Source: Octopus sinensis
Lineage: Eukaryota
Assembly (NCBI RefSeq): GCF_006345805.1
Contig: NC_042998.1
Location: 191,270,001 to 191,334,000, forward strand
Length of the DNA stretch: 64,000 nucleotides
Reading direction: 5' to 3'
Position 1 is the first letter of the stretch. Every line of letters starts with the position of its first letter. The notes under the pieces were generated by a model that did not search any database, was not told the DNA's origin, and saw nothing but the letters and a program-made list of their open reading frames with translations. A program made the translations under genes and the position numbers. Shown here piece by piece: positions 28,939 to 42,583 of the stretch.

Positions 28939-29378
28939 TTAGATGAAGATATAGCATGTTTCGCAAGCATGTTTCACAAGTGCTCGACTCTGAGTGACTG
29001 ATTCCTATAACAGAAACAACAGTGGGCAAATGAAGGTGATTGTGTAAGACATGTTCTTTTGTTTTCATTAATTAATATTACGCTCTGTAATCCCCTAACG
29101 CTTTACTCTAAAGCATAAGTATACTGAATTCTAACAACCGGTAATTAGTATTGCAATGCCCAAGCGGAATCATAAAATTTATACAGATATATGTATTCAT
29201 ATACACACATATATGATTACGTTTGTACACACTTATGTCTTAATCCCTGTATGTTTCTTGGGGGTTATTTTGCACTTGTGTTTGTCACTGCTTTCGAAAG
29301 TCACGACACTGGCAGTTATAAATAAAATAGGGGTACAAACAATAAGAAAGCCTTACAGTTTCGTTGTATTGCAATTTT

Positions 29379-29846
<468 letters not shown>

Positions 29847-30063
29847 AATATATACAAGTGCAAACAAGTGAGACAGAGAAACGCAGAATGCCACTTATAT
29901 TTGAACACTATACAAATATTCCTTTAAAAAAACTTTTCTTTTAATTTTTCTAAATTCAATTATTTAATCGTTACAGTTGAAAAGGTCTCAAACTGAGCGA
30001 AACCGGTACTGAAATGTTCTTTATAAAATTATTTTAGCATTTTCTATCTTGACTTGTTTTTTC

Positions 30064-30098
<35 letters not shown>

Positions 30099-30142
30099 AT
30101 ATATATCTGTCTGTCTGTCTGTATGTATGTATGTATGTATGC

Positions 30143-30178
<36 letters not shown>

Positions 30179-32139
30179 GTGTATGTGTGTGTGTGTGTGT
30201 ATTCTTAAAATGCAATAATATTTTTATGCAGGAAAATAAAGCACTGTATAGGTAGAGTTATAAATATAAAGTAGCGGTATGCGGTCAGCAAGTATATGTG
30301 CGTGAGAGTGCTGGTTTGCGTGCATTTGTGTTTGTGTCCATTTCTGCCTGCCGTAACTAATCCTGTCACCGAATATATTTATTTGAAAAGCTATAAGGTA
30401 ATATACATAAATATATCCAAACATCTCTTTATGACTGACTACCTGTCGACGCTAAAAGAAAAAAAGATGATTTATTACTTAAAATTTTACTTTACTGCAA
30501 AAATTCAGAACTAACGATAAATCACTTGTCATCAAGGTATCGTAGAAAACTATCAGTAAAGTTGCATTCATCATATTTTTCATGAATATTACTGTTGATC
30601 TACAATTGATATATTTCAAAGCCCATACTAATAACTTAACAAAGTTTGCGTCTGCCGAACGCTACTAGAATTAGCCTATAATTCGTAAAGATAAAAAAAT
30701 AAATGTGCTATGATAATCGTTTGATATTGAATGTATATAAGTGTAAGAGCACAGGTATAGGGTGTATTATTATCCAAATAGCTGTATTGTTTGGTGCAAT
30801 GAATATAGTAAATTTGGAAACTTTCCCAAAGTGTATTGCCGGATTGTCTGTGTTAATGTAGAACGATTAATATTAATTTTGATTGAGGGAAGCACACGAC
30901 AAGAGGGGAGTTCAAGTATTATTCATATTTCGATAGGAAGGAATGTATGTGTTATTTAAAAATAGATTGAGTCAGTCTTGGGAACCGGAATGAAACAAAT
31001 TAGTTCACTTGAGAAAATGCCAATAATGTAATTGTCGAAGTGACGTTTGGAAAACACAGAATGGAAATGAGGATAAATTTGAATATTATACTTTGGCAAT
31101 GGTGTCTAAGTTACTGTCTAATGGAATGGATGAATGATCAGAAAAAAATTAACTGTATTTCATAGTAGATAATATTTGGACTTTTAGATAATTGCACACC
31201 ACTACGACTATTGTATGTCGGCGAGTGTAATATGAATCTTTGTTTGCTGTTTCGAACATAAGTTCGGGTACATACAAAATGTCCGATGCGGTAGACGGTT
31301 TTGAAGATTATTCCAATTGTGTGTTGATGGAGAAAATAGGCAAAGTAATTAAATTAGATATTATTTTCGCCCTATTTTGGGGGTGAAAAGAGGATGCTGG
31401 TATGTTTGTGTGCGTTGCGCGACGACCCCAATTATTTGTGTATTTAAGCAGCTTTATGAAAGAGCTTTTCATTGTTTGTTAAACTGCATATTATTAAAGC
31501 TATATCAAAGAGATACGCATTATTTCAAGTGCATTATATTACATCCTTTTTGTTAGTTTGATTTCTAAGTTATTAGTGTTATTAGTATAAATAGATCTTG
31601 CAATTGCCAAACTGTTGCATGTCATATATATATGTGTGTGTGGGTGTGTGGGTGTGTAGCTATTTACACTACTACCTTCAACTGATTCATTTCATTCCAC
31701 CTACACGAAACATGCGATCCTTTATTCTCAATTCCTTTGGTTTTTTCCATCTCTATAGCTGCAGCTATGACTTTCCCTTTAAAGCACAATGCATGGTCGG
31801 TTAATTTACTTGATGTAACTGCACTCCCACTCTTGTTCAAACCATCCTTTCCCGTCACAGTAAAGCTGACTACACATCCGGCTCTTACACCTCCCGTCCT
31901 TTCCTCGACCAACCATCTCTTCTTTCCTTTCTTCTACCACACCTCCAGCTTTGCCTCTCTAGCAGACCATCCAGGGGTTCTTCTTTCCACCATCAAGCTT
32001 ATCCTGTCACTTTTCGTTTCTTCCCTCACGCATTCCCTCTCTCCTTTTAAGCATGCTCCCAAACTCGACAGGCCCTTCGTACAGAGCTTCACCTCTCTCA
32101 TCGTGTCTCCACCCAAGTCCATCACTTCCTCGACTTGGA

Positions 32140-32366
32140 GCGAGCTGGCAGAAACGTTATCACGCCGGGCGAGATGCGTAGCCGTATTTCGTCTGGCATT
32201 ACGTTCTGAGTTCAAATTCTGCCATGGTCGACTTTACCTTTCATTCTCTAGGGGTCGATAAATTAAGTACCAGTTACGCACTGGGGTCGATGTAATCGAC
32301 TTAATCCGTTTGTCTGTCCTTGTTTGTCCCCTCTGTGTTTAGCCCCTTGTGGGTAGTAAAGAAATA
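32140..32366 (+). mobile_element. SINE family A, young copy with perfect 16-bp TSD
   Basis: TSD acttcctcgacttgga at 32124-32139 and 32367-32382; tggcagaaacgtt head, gagttcaaattc B-box. Confidence 0.95.
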
Positions 32367-33000
32367 ACTTCCTCGACTTGGATTCGTGTCCCATGTCTAT
32401 GAAATATTTCTAACTGGAACATTTACCTCTCGCTTCTTGAAAGAAGACGAGTTTTTCTCTTCATATAAATTTCACACTTAAGCTTGACTAAGTATTATCT
32501 TAAAAACGTCAATGTCTCTGCCTGTTTTCTCTCCTTTCATCTCTTCCACCGTGTCAAGCACACCATTTTATTCAGGAACAATATTCAAAAACAGAAGCGT
32601 GCTGTTCTTTCAGTAACAAAGATCTGTGTCCACTAAAAGGTGACTGTAAAATATATATGTTTGTACATGTGCATATAAACACGTATATATATATTACTAA
32701 CAAGATGTATGTGGATGTATGCGTGTAGATACACACATCTACATATATAAAACTTGACTTAAACAAAACTTGACTTAAACAGGATTCGAATAATCCTGTC
32801 AGGTGGTGCTATTAAGTTAGACATGGCCTGGACCAATCTTTGGTCGAAACATATCTAAGTTATCTAAGTTATCTAAGTTATATATATATATGTGTGTGTG
32901 TGTGTGTCTGTGTGTGTGTGTGTGTGTGTGTGTATATAATCAAAATAAGCAACAAGGATATCCAAGGTAGTGTAGTACAATCGGTTCATGCTACTTCATG

Positions 33001-33063
<63 letters not shown>

Positions 33064-33376
33064 GAATGAGTAAACAAACGAAAGAAAGGCACTTAACATA
33101 TTTATTGGAAGTTACAGGTATGGACCGAAACAGTTTTATTTAAATTCCGTGATACTTAGTTTCAAAGCATCCGATGATGCTTATCGTCAGTCATTGGAAA
33201 CTTAAATACGAAATCAGTTGGAGGAAGTCCGATGTTGTACAGGTATGGTAGTCTCTCCATTGCAAACTATTGGTCAGACGTTTGTGGATAACCCTCAAGA
33301 GACCCTGGAACAATTGTTCTAATGAATGGGTGGACAAACGAAAGATGGGCATTCAAGATATTTATTGGAAGTTACA
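33064..33376 (-). mobile_element. ~260-bp unit with ~53-bp terminal direct repeat (retrozyme or pLTR-like)
   Basis: gaatgagtaaacaaacgaaaga..atatttattggaagttaca (33064-33116) recurs as gaatgggtggacaaacgaaaga..atatttattggaagttaca (33324-33376); contains the hammerhead. Confidence 0.6.
33145..33199 (-). ncRNA. type I hammerhead ribozyme motif
   Basis: Minus strand UUCCAAUGA-CUGACGA-U-AAGCAUC-AUCG-GAUGCUU-U-GAAA-C-UAA-G-UA-UCACGGAA: complete core, 7-bp stem II, short stem III, GUA triplet, stem I with one internal mismatch. Confidence 0.7.
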
Positions 33377-34119
33377 CACTTTCTTTTTTTACGCCAGTTC
33401 GACTGCTATAGCAAAGTATGTTAATAAAATTTGCAAATGACCACCATTTGAGGCACAGTAAAGCTATATCAGTATATTTTATGCAGGGGGAATCTAAATG
33501 CAAGTTACAAATAATTATTAAATGAAAGAACAACGCTAGCCTGGTATTATTTTAATTACTTACCCAAGAACGGTAGACAACTCTGGACATATCTAGAGCT
33601 GATTCTTACCTCATCAGCAAAACAGACATTCATAGTACTTATAGTAGAAATAGTGGGAAAATCACTAAGTTGAGATAGCAATTTGTGTACTAGTTGTCGT
33701 AGAAAAGTAGATTTAACTGAAGGACAAGCAACCAAAGAAAACATCTGTTTGAAAAACAACAATTCATTTATTAATTACCAGAGTAGACATAAAAAATCAA
33801 AAAGAGAGGAACTGGAAATAATATGCTACTATTTATATTAGGTAACTTTTTGTATTAGGGGAGAATTATTTCTATTGATCAAAATAGTCTCGAAAATTTG
33901 GCTCAAATTATGTTCATATATTGCGTGTATTATACATTTCATATATTTCATTGAGTAATTGAGTAATTTACTCATCTGATTATGGGTATCGTCCATTCAG
34001 CCATGGAAGAAGTTAGACAATCACATAGCACTAAATTAATATTATTGGCAAGTGTACAGAATAGTAATAAATTATGTCTTCCACTTTTTCTCTCTCCCTG
34101 TCTGTCTCACAGATGCCCC

Positions 34120-34345
34120 CACATACATACATACGCACATACACACATACATACATACATACATACATACATACATACATACATACATACATACATACAT
34201 ACATACATACGTACATGCATACATACATATGTATATTTATGTACGCATGTATGTATGTGTGTGTATATATATAATCTTTTGGTTATTTCTTTCTCATCTT
34301 GATATATAAATACATACATACATACTTACATACACACATATATAT
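34120..34345. repeat. (TACA)n microsatellite region
   Basis: Seen directly. Confidence 0.9.
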
Positions 34346-35463
34346 GTATATTGCCTATGTGCTTGTGTGTGTATGCATGTATGTATGTGTGAATATATGT
34401 TTGTGTGTGTGTCTGTGTGCCTGTATTTAAACGTATACTTGTTAAGACAATGTATGCTTTATATATAGAACCTACTTAAGAATTTTTTCTAGTTGAAGTA
34501 CTCAAAAGGAAAAAAGATAAGAAATTTATTAATAATAATAAGCAATAAATGACTCTGAATGTAAAAGAAAAGAAAGTAACTCAAACAGAAGTGAAATAAG
34601 AAATAATATACAATCTAAAAAACTGAGGAGAATTAGAAAAATTTGGGCAATTTTCAAGCTTCTGAAAAGAAATCCTACGCAGATTTTCTCCAGAAGCTGC
34701 CAAATCCCACTAAATTTTCAGATAATTTTTCTACTTAACATCTCTAATTCTTATACCTAAATGTGATCAATTATTCTTAACTGGTATCCTATTTATTAAA
34801 TTTTTTTGTCCTCCTCGATATTTCCAGGATGAGGCACCGTTCAAATAATTAGGTTGGAAATGTTCCAGAAAACAACAAATGTTCAGTAGAAAATGAGAAT
34901 TTTGAAGGGAATACTGCGTAAACTGCGACCATTTTCAAAGAGAAATTATTCCAATGTGATTTACTATCTTTAATCTTCCGCTTTCATTATATTCTCCAGA
35001 ACCCTCTCCTAATTTACAGCAAATTCATTTTTTATTTGTTATCTATAATTCACCTGCGAACAATAGATTCAAGAATAGTGCTTTCGTGAATGAAAATACA
35101 GCGAAGATTGAATATAAGAACGTTTGTATTTTATATTATTATGTTTTTATTTTTCAAGGTTGAGTATTTCTGTAAATGATTATATTTGAGTTGAAAATGT
35201 CTGGTGTAGGAAAATGCAGCAAAGAACAGACTATCAGATTCTTAATGATAAACGAGAACATCCAAATTTCTACGAGTTTGCTTTGTTGTTTTTTTATAAG
35301 AAAGTTATTGAGTTTTGCACCATATTTTGAACCATACATATAACATCAATATCTATATATATATATATATATGTGAGTCATACATACGTACATATATACA
35401 TACATACTTAAACATAAATAAACACAATAATATACATCTATTCATATATATATATATATGTGT

Positions 35464-35505
<42 letters not shown>

Positions 35506-35557
35506 GTATGTAAGTATATATATATATATATGTATATATATATTATATATATATATC

Positions 35558-35628
<71 letters not shown>

Positions 35629-35899
35629 GTATGTAAGTATATATATATATATTATATATATATATATATCCATACATATGCATATTTATTTGTATCATCT
35701 TAGATCCATTCATATTCACTACCGTGCGCTCATATGCATACACACCAGTGTGAAACTGCCTTGATCGGTCACTTCGAACCACTCAAACTAACTGAGAATG
35801 CTCCTACGATATCACACTGTACCCCAGCACAAGCCACTATTCTTACCCAATTTTCAATCCCTTTCTCGCCTCTCACTTTATATCTTGGTTTATAAGTAC

Positions 35900-36000
35900 T
35901 TGATAATACGCTATAGTGTATCGAAGTCCAAACAAGGCCTACTCCTCTAACCTGAAGGTGATGAAGGCGATCAATTCTAAAAACACTCTCCCTTTCTTAA
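35900..36000 (+). mobile_element. possible CR1-group LINE endonuclease remnant
   Basis: VYRSPN motif; same strand as the RT-upstream-like relic at 37015-37230. Confidence 0.3.
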
Positions 36001-36159
36001 AAAATCAGCAGGGCGGCTTCTGTAATGGTAAAGTTACTACAAACGTAGCTTCCTGTGTTCCTCCAGCTTTCCTTTACTTTCGAGGGCTTCTAAAGGTCAC
36101 AATCTCAGAGCTCATTCTTCCAGAAGGAAATAAGATTTTAATATAACTGGTACTTTGTT

Positions 36160-36420
36160 GGTTGCGACAAAGCGTATTTCAGTTGATCCCATCGACAAGA
36201 TAGCCGCCTCTTGAAATTAACTTACATGTGGTGGAGTACTCCACAGACACCACGTACCTTTAACATATTTTCCAGGGATAATTAGCGTGACACAGAATGT
36301 GACAACGCTGGCCTGTTGAAATAAAGGTTCTACTAATTTTTTGCCAGGGGACTAGAGCAACGTGAAATAAAATGTCTTACTGTAAGACAGAAGACGCCGC
36401 CGAGAATCGAATGTCCAACG
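36160..36420 (-). mobile_element. SINE family D, older diverged copy
   Basis: gaaattaac..ccacagacac..gtacctttaac..agcgtgacacaga..gagcaacgtgaaataaa match 36658-36983. Confidence 0.8.
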
Positions 36421-36657
36421 TATGGTTACAGCCGTTCCATGGTACGCTCTCAGTAGCTGCAAGTGAATTATGAAATGGCTTTAACCATACGGAAATAAAT
36501 CTTATTACCCACTGACATATCTTGGATTTTAATTGATTTCTATCATACATTCCACACTAGTATTTCATGGATTAATCACGTTAAATTTAATTATTGCGCT
36601 GTCTGATAACCTGGAGTACTGGAAGATGGAAGATATAAGAATGTTTATTCATCACTT

Positions 36658-36983
36658 AAAAAAAAAGACTCCGCCGGTTACGACGACGAGGGTCCCAGCT
36701 GATACGATCAACGGAACAGCTTGCTCGTGAAATTAACGTGCAAATGGCTGAGCATTCCACAGACACGTGTACCCTTAACGTAGTTCTCGGGGATAATCAG
36801 CGTGACACAGAGAGTGACAAGGCTGACCCTTTGAAATACAAGTACAACTCATTTTTGCCAGCTGAGTGGACTGGAGCAACGTGAAATAAAGTGTCTTGCT
36901 CAAGGACACAACGCGTCGCCGGGAATCGAACTCACAACCTTACGATCATGAGCCGAATGCCCTAACCACTAAGCCACGCGCCC
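36658..36983 (-). mobile_element. SINE family D, young full-length copy
   Basis: Near-identical reverse complement of 41801-42122; candidate TSD catcact at 36650-36656 and 36983-36989. Confidence 0.95.
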
Positions 36984-37454
36984 ATCACTACAGTTGTTTC
37001 GACTCATCTAATATCGAAATGGCAAACGCCTGCTAACCGTCCAGCAGAGATTTCTTTCTATTCTGACTACATTTATTCATCCGATGCTTATGACATCTGA
37101 CATCTTCACTGATGCCAGTCCTGCTAAAATCTTCTCTAATATTTCAAAATTTGATGCATACATAGAACCAGGCAAGATATCCTCTACGTTGTCGATCAAC
37201 GTACCAGAATTAGGAGCCAAATATCGTTTCTTTTTATATCTACGAGCAATTTTGTGATGCGCAATACTACAGGAATCTTTAGCACCGTCTCAAACCACTG
37301 AACGTGCTTTGCCGGCAAACTGCAATGTGTATACCATGCAATATTTCAACTATTAACATATATATATATGTGTGTGTGTGTGTGTGTATATATAAAGTTA
37401 GATTGATAAATAGAATGCTATATATAAATATATATATGTATATATACATACCTA

Positions 37455-37528
<74 letters not shown>

Positions 37529-37776
37529 CATACATACATACGTACATACGTACATACGTACATACATACATATATATACAAATACATTCATACATACATA
37601 TATATATATATAGGAGATAATGGTGTCATTGAGACCCAAAGGTGTCAGCTAATGCTGAATAAGTGCTATAGACAGACCATAGTTAAGTTCCAGATTCGGT
37701 AATATTGCGAATAAAGGATTCAACGTTGGTTCTATGTCAGCGTGTGTATATACGCAAAAAATTCATATATATATAT

Positions 37777-37819
<43 letters not shown>

Positions 37820-38342
37820 GATATTGTTACACAAGTCGATTTTTGCATATGTATGAGCAGTTTTATGATGAGTAATATAGGAACCTTTAGCATCACCAGA
37901 AGCTATTCCCAATATGTGATGCTGTGTCTTGTGTTAGACTATTCAATCGTAAATGTATTTGATAAGATGGAATATGCTTAAAGGAACAAAAGCAAACCCA
38001 CTATCTAGAGTACTCTCACTTTACCCATTGAGAATCGCGCTATTACTGAACAGTGGAGACTCTCACGATCTGTGTCCATTCACTCGCCCGTAACTAATAA
38101 TCCAAAGTCAAAAGTCCATTATCTTTATTGACGATACTTAAAGAATTCATGATTCACGATTAATAATAGAATAGATCAAAAGAATATTTTGTTCATTTAC
38201 ATACATATACGTACATGCATACACAAAGGCATATGCACACACATGCACCCACACACATGTATATATACACATATATGCATATATATAGAGGGAAATATAA
38301 ATATATATATACATACACACATATATAACTCTGTGTATATAC

Positions 38343-38385
<43 letters not shown>

Positions 38386-38410
38386 AATGCGACAAAAATC
38401 AGGATATATG

Positions 38411-38445
<35 letters not shown>

Positions 38446-38519
38446 GTAGGTCCCGGGTTGAGTCGGGGTTAACCACAGTAAATAAGGTACTCAATACATA
38501 GCAGAGTAAATTAATTTAT

Positions 38520-38617
38520 TTTATAGAAGGATCTTCTACAGGACTAAAACTGTTTCATTCAAATGAAATCATCTTTGAATGAAACAGTTCTAGTCCTGTA
38601 GAAGCTCCTTCTATAAA
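38520..38617. repeat. inverted repeat, 44-bp arms (42/44 paired), 10-nt loop
   Basis: tttatagaaggatcttctacaggactaaaactgtttcattcaaa / tttgaatgaaacagttctagtcctgtagaagctccttctataaa. Confidence 0.95.
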
Positions 38618-38635
38618 TATATATATATATAATAT

Positions 38636-38680
<45 letters not shown>

Positions 38681-40561
38681 TGATTTTTGTAGCATTAATA
38701 TTGAAGGGCTCTGAGTTCACATAATATTGGGTAACTAATATGGAGGTAAACTTCAGTGGTCGTCCTTGTACGCTTGACAAAATTAAGTGCCAGCTGTATA
38801 CTTGTAAAGGTTTAATCGCGCGTTAATTGTGCCTCGCACTTTTTAAAGTTAGAGAATACGGCTTAGAATCATGAACGTCTAATATCTGAAAATTAGCGTG
38901 AATAATATTAAGACTAAAATCCAGTCATGTGAAATAAAATGTTAAAAATTAAATACATATATCCATTGTGTTATTTATTATACTTTATATACATATATAC
39001 ATATACATATATACATATACATCCATGCACACACACACAAATATGTACAAATATGTACAAATATGCGTGTTTGAGTGCATGCATCTATGCATATATGTGT
39101 GCGTGTATTTGTACCTCTGTGTATGTATGAGTGTACTACATTGTTTTGCATATGAATTTCAAAACGTGAGATTTACATTAGTAGACTTGTACAATATGAT
39201 ATAAATGTCTTAAAATTTTGTAATTATAAGATATATTCGCGAGAACCTGAACGTTATTCTATACTTCACATTTGAAAAGATGGAACATATACAATATCGT
39301 TGAAGTTTAACTTCATCCTTGCACACTTATATAATATAATCTTGCTGAAAACAGTCGTCTGGAAAGTCATGCTAAGTAAAATATTACATAATGAAACTCT
39401 AGCCGCTATGAATAATATAAATGAGGAAAAAATTCTAATTAATTACTTAATTTTACTTATGTGGTAATTAGGCATAATGGTTATTAGTCCTAAGTCTATT
39501 ATTTTTCAATCTGAATTTGTCACGTACCGATGGCAACTCTAGTATTTTTATTTTATCTTATTTTGTTTCCTGTAACAAGTCACCAGAGAAGCGAAGCTTT
39601 GTTCTGCATACAAATCCATACATTAATGCACAACGATGTTTACGTGTAACTCCCAAAAGTTTCAATCTCATAAACCTAAAAATTATTATAAATCACAAAC
39701 GTAAATCCCATTTTAATTCCCAATTTAAAAAAGCAATAAAATAATCTTTATTAATATACCTATAATTTATAAACCCTTAATATTATCCATTATGTTTAAG
39801 GGAAGGCATGACGAAGGCCTGCTTCGTTGAAGAAGTGTCATCCGAACGAAAATTCTTACCGTATAAGTATTATTAATTAGTTATATCGTCTCATTAAGTA
39901 TGATGGCTGTGACTTAGTTGTTTCGTCTCTCATATATCTGCCTAATTGTGTGCGATGTCTCAGCTAATTTCCATCAGTCTCTATACATATTCACTATGCA
40001 ATTAAGGCCTATATCTATTCATTAATTATTCGATAATTTTACAGATATAACTTTAGAGAGTTAAAGATATTTTTACAAAGTCTTCTGCCTTATTTATAAT
40101 TCAGAAACATATTAAACGAGAGCTATTTTTGATTTGTCTGTCAGATGTATGTGATGTTTAATAATTTAAACCTTCCCACTTAAAACAAATTGTAACAACT
40201 TATCAATCTAATAATAATTACTATCTGTCATATATGTTATGACAAATCAAAGACACTGAAAGTGTTACTATTATAGGAAGTAGAGATCAAAGAAAATCTA
40301 TATTTCCTAAAACATCACTTCTAACATTTTCCCCCGTTACAGCAAATAATAAAACTGCTTTTGAAATGAGAAACGCCTGCTATTGTGATGAAAGGAAACT
40401 TCCAGCAGAGATTTCTCTCTATTCTGACTACATTCATTCATCACAAGTGCTTATGTCATCTGAAATTTTCACTGGTGCCAGTTCGATTTCCTTCACTATT
40501 CATTTGGTTGTTTTAGTTTCTGCTAAAGACTTTTCTAATACTTCAAAACTTGATATATACA

Positions 40562-40975
40562 GCAGGAGTGGCTGTGTGGTAAGTCGCTTGCTAACCAACC
40601 ACATGGTTCCGGGTTCAGTCCCACTGCGTGGCATCTTGGGCAAGTGTCTTTTACTATAGCCCCGGGCCGACCAAAACCTTGTGAGTGGATTTGGTAGACG
40701 GAAACTGAAAGAAGCCCGTCGTATATATGTATATATATATATATATATATATGCGTGTGTGTGTTTGTGTGTCTGTGTTTGTTCCCCTAGCATTGCTTGA
40801 CAACCGATGCTGGTGTGTTTATGTCCCCGTTACTTAGCGGTTCAGCAAAAGAGACCGATAGAATAAGTACTGAGCTTACAAAAGAATAAGTCCCGGGGTC
40901 GAGTTGCTCGAGTAAAGGCGGTGCTCCAGCATGGCCGCAGTCAAAATGACTGAAACAAGTAAAAGAGTAAAAGAG
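40562..40975 (+). mobile_element. SINE family B, full length, 8-bp TSD
   Basis: tggctgtgtgg A-box, gggttcagtccc B-box-like, CORE-like cttgggcaagtgtctt; TSD tatataca at 40554-40561 and 40976-40983. Confidence 0.95.
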
Positions 40976-41800
40976 TATATACATAGAAGCACACAAGATA
41001 GACTCTACGTTGTCGATCAACGTACGAGTATCAACAGCCTAATATCATTCAAATCAGAATCAACATTTATAATTTAGTCTTAGATACGAAACGCCTGAGA
41101 CTAAAACTAGATGGTCATGATTGGAACACCTTTGATTATCAGGTAGGTTAAAAAAAAACAATAGTAACAACTTGAAATGCAAATGTTGAACTTTATCACT
41201 GGATTTCTTTACATTGCATCAAGTATGTCGTCTTGCTTCTATATTCAATATATGCTTTGAATTCTTCCTTTTCCATACGTGCTCCAGTATGACCTTAGCT
41301 CTAATTTCTGAAACAAACGAAAGAACCAATAGCGCATTTTTTTGCGTGTAAATACAATATTGATTTATTAATTTTTACATTAGCTTTCTTTGCTTTAAAG
41401 ATCTTGGTTTAAAGGTCATTTGGCTGTAGTACACTAATGAGTCTTAGATACACATGCGTTTGAGTATTTCTATAGACCCGTTGTGCTTACATTGTCATAA
41501 TCTTTTTTATGAAATCGTTGTCCTCATATGTCCTAAAATTCGGTCTCTTCAGCCATCTACAGACATGGCTCTTATTGTCTGATGATGGACGATCACAGCT
41601 GCTTCAAGTAGCTCTTTAGACCTACTATGGTTCATTTATTGTAATCTGTTTGTATCAGACCCCTCCTTATTTTTGTAATTAGTATTCATCTTATATACAT
41701 CAATCAGGAGATGGATTTTCTAAGGTTTATTTATTTGTTTATTTATTGTCTGGTCTCTTCAGTTCAAATTTGCCTCCAACTGGTTATACTAAATCTGTGG

Positions 41801-42122
41801 TGAGGGCGCGTGGCTTAGTGGTTAGGGCATTCGGCTCATGATCGTAAGGTTGTGAGTTCGATTCCCGGCGACGCGTTGTGTCCTTGAGCAAGACACTTTA
41901 TTTCACGTTGCTCCAGTCCACTCAGCTGGCAAAAATGAGTTGTACTTGTATTTCAAAGGGTCAGCCTTGTCACTCTCTGTGTCACGCTGATTATCCCCGA
42001 GAACTACGTTAAGGGTACACGTGTCTGGAATGCTCAGCCATTTGCACGTCAATTTCACGAGCAAGCTGTTCCGTTGATCGTATCAGCTGGGACCCTCGTC
42101 GTCGTAACCGGCGGAGTCTTTT
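41801..42122 (+). mobile_element. SINE family D, young full-length copy with 15-bp TSD
   Basis: A-box tggcttagtgg, B-box gttcgattcc, CORE-like gtgtccttgagcaagacactt; TSD atactaaatctgtgg (41786-41800) / atactgaatctgtgg (42124-42138). Confidence 0.95.
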
Positions 42123-42354
42123 AATACTGAATCTGTGGCTTATATGACCGTGTCTTACTTGTTACGAGTGCACGTTTTTAATTGCTGTGTGCTATATTGT
42201 GTCCACATAAACCGGAAAAACATTAGTAAGTACACTTACTGGGGTCAAGACTGCATCACTGACAATATGATTTGTTTAAATTTGCTTTTGGGTTCGTAGA
42301 TTTTATTAGCTTTTAGTTTTTCTGTGTGCCATTATAATAATAATTGTTATTATA

Positions 42355-42540
42355 ACAAAGGTGGCAATCTGACAGAACTGAGGTCAAATTCCGCCTAAGT
42401 GGACTTCACCTTTCATTCTTTTTTTTTGTGGGGGGGGGGGTCTTTAAAATAATACCAGTTGTTCACTGGGGTCCAAGTAATCGATTCACTCCTTCCTATG
42501 AAATTTCATGTCTTGTAACTATAGTAGAAAGGATTATTGT
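42355..42540 (+). mobile_element. SINE family A, internally deleted
   Basis: ggtggcaatctgacagaa..tcaaattccgcc..ctttcattctt..cactggggtc..atcgattc. Confidence 0.7.
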
Positions 42541-42583
42541 AGTTGCTCCTGTTGTTGTTGTTGTTATTCTTCTTCTTCTTCTT

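Noticed and set aside
39805-39860. atgacgaagg..ccgaa as another hammerhead
   Set aside because: The core is mismatched at both ends and there are no convincing stems I and III.
41804-41875. tRNA-like sequence with A and B boxes
   Set aside because: It continues into a SINE body with TSDs and lacks a proper acceptor stem; not a tRNA gene. The same applies to the other SINE heads.
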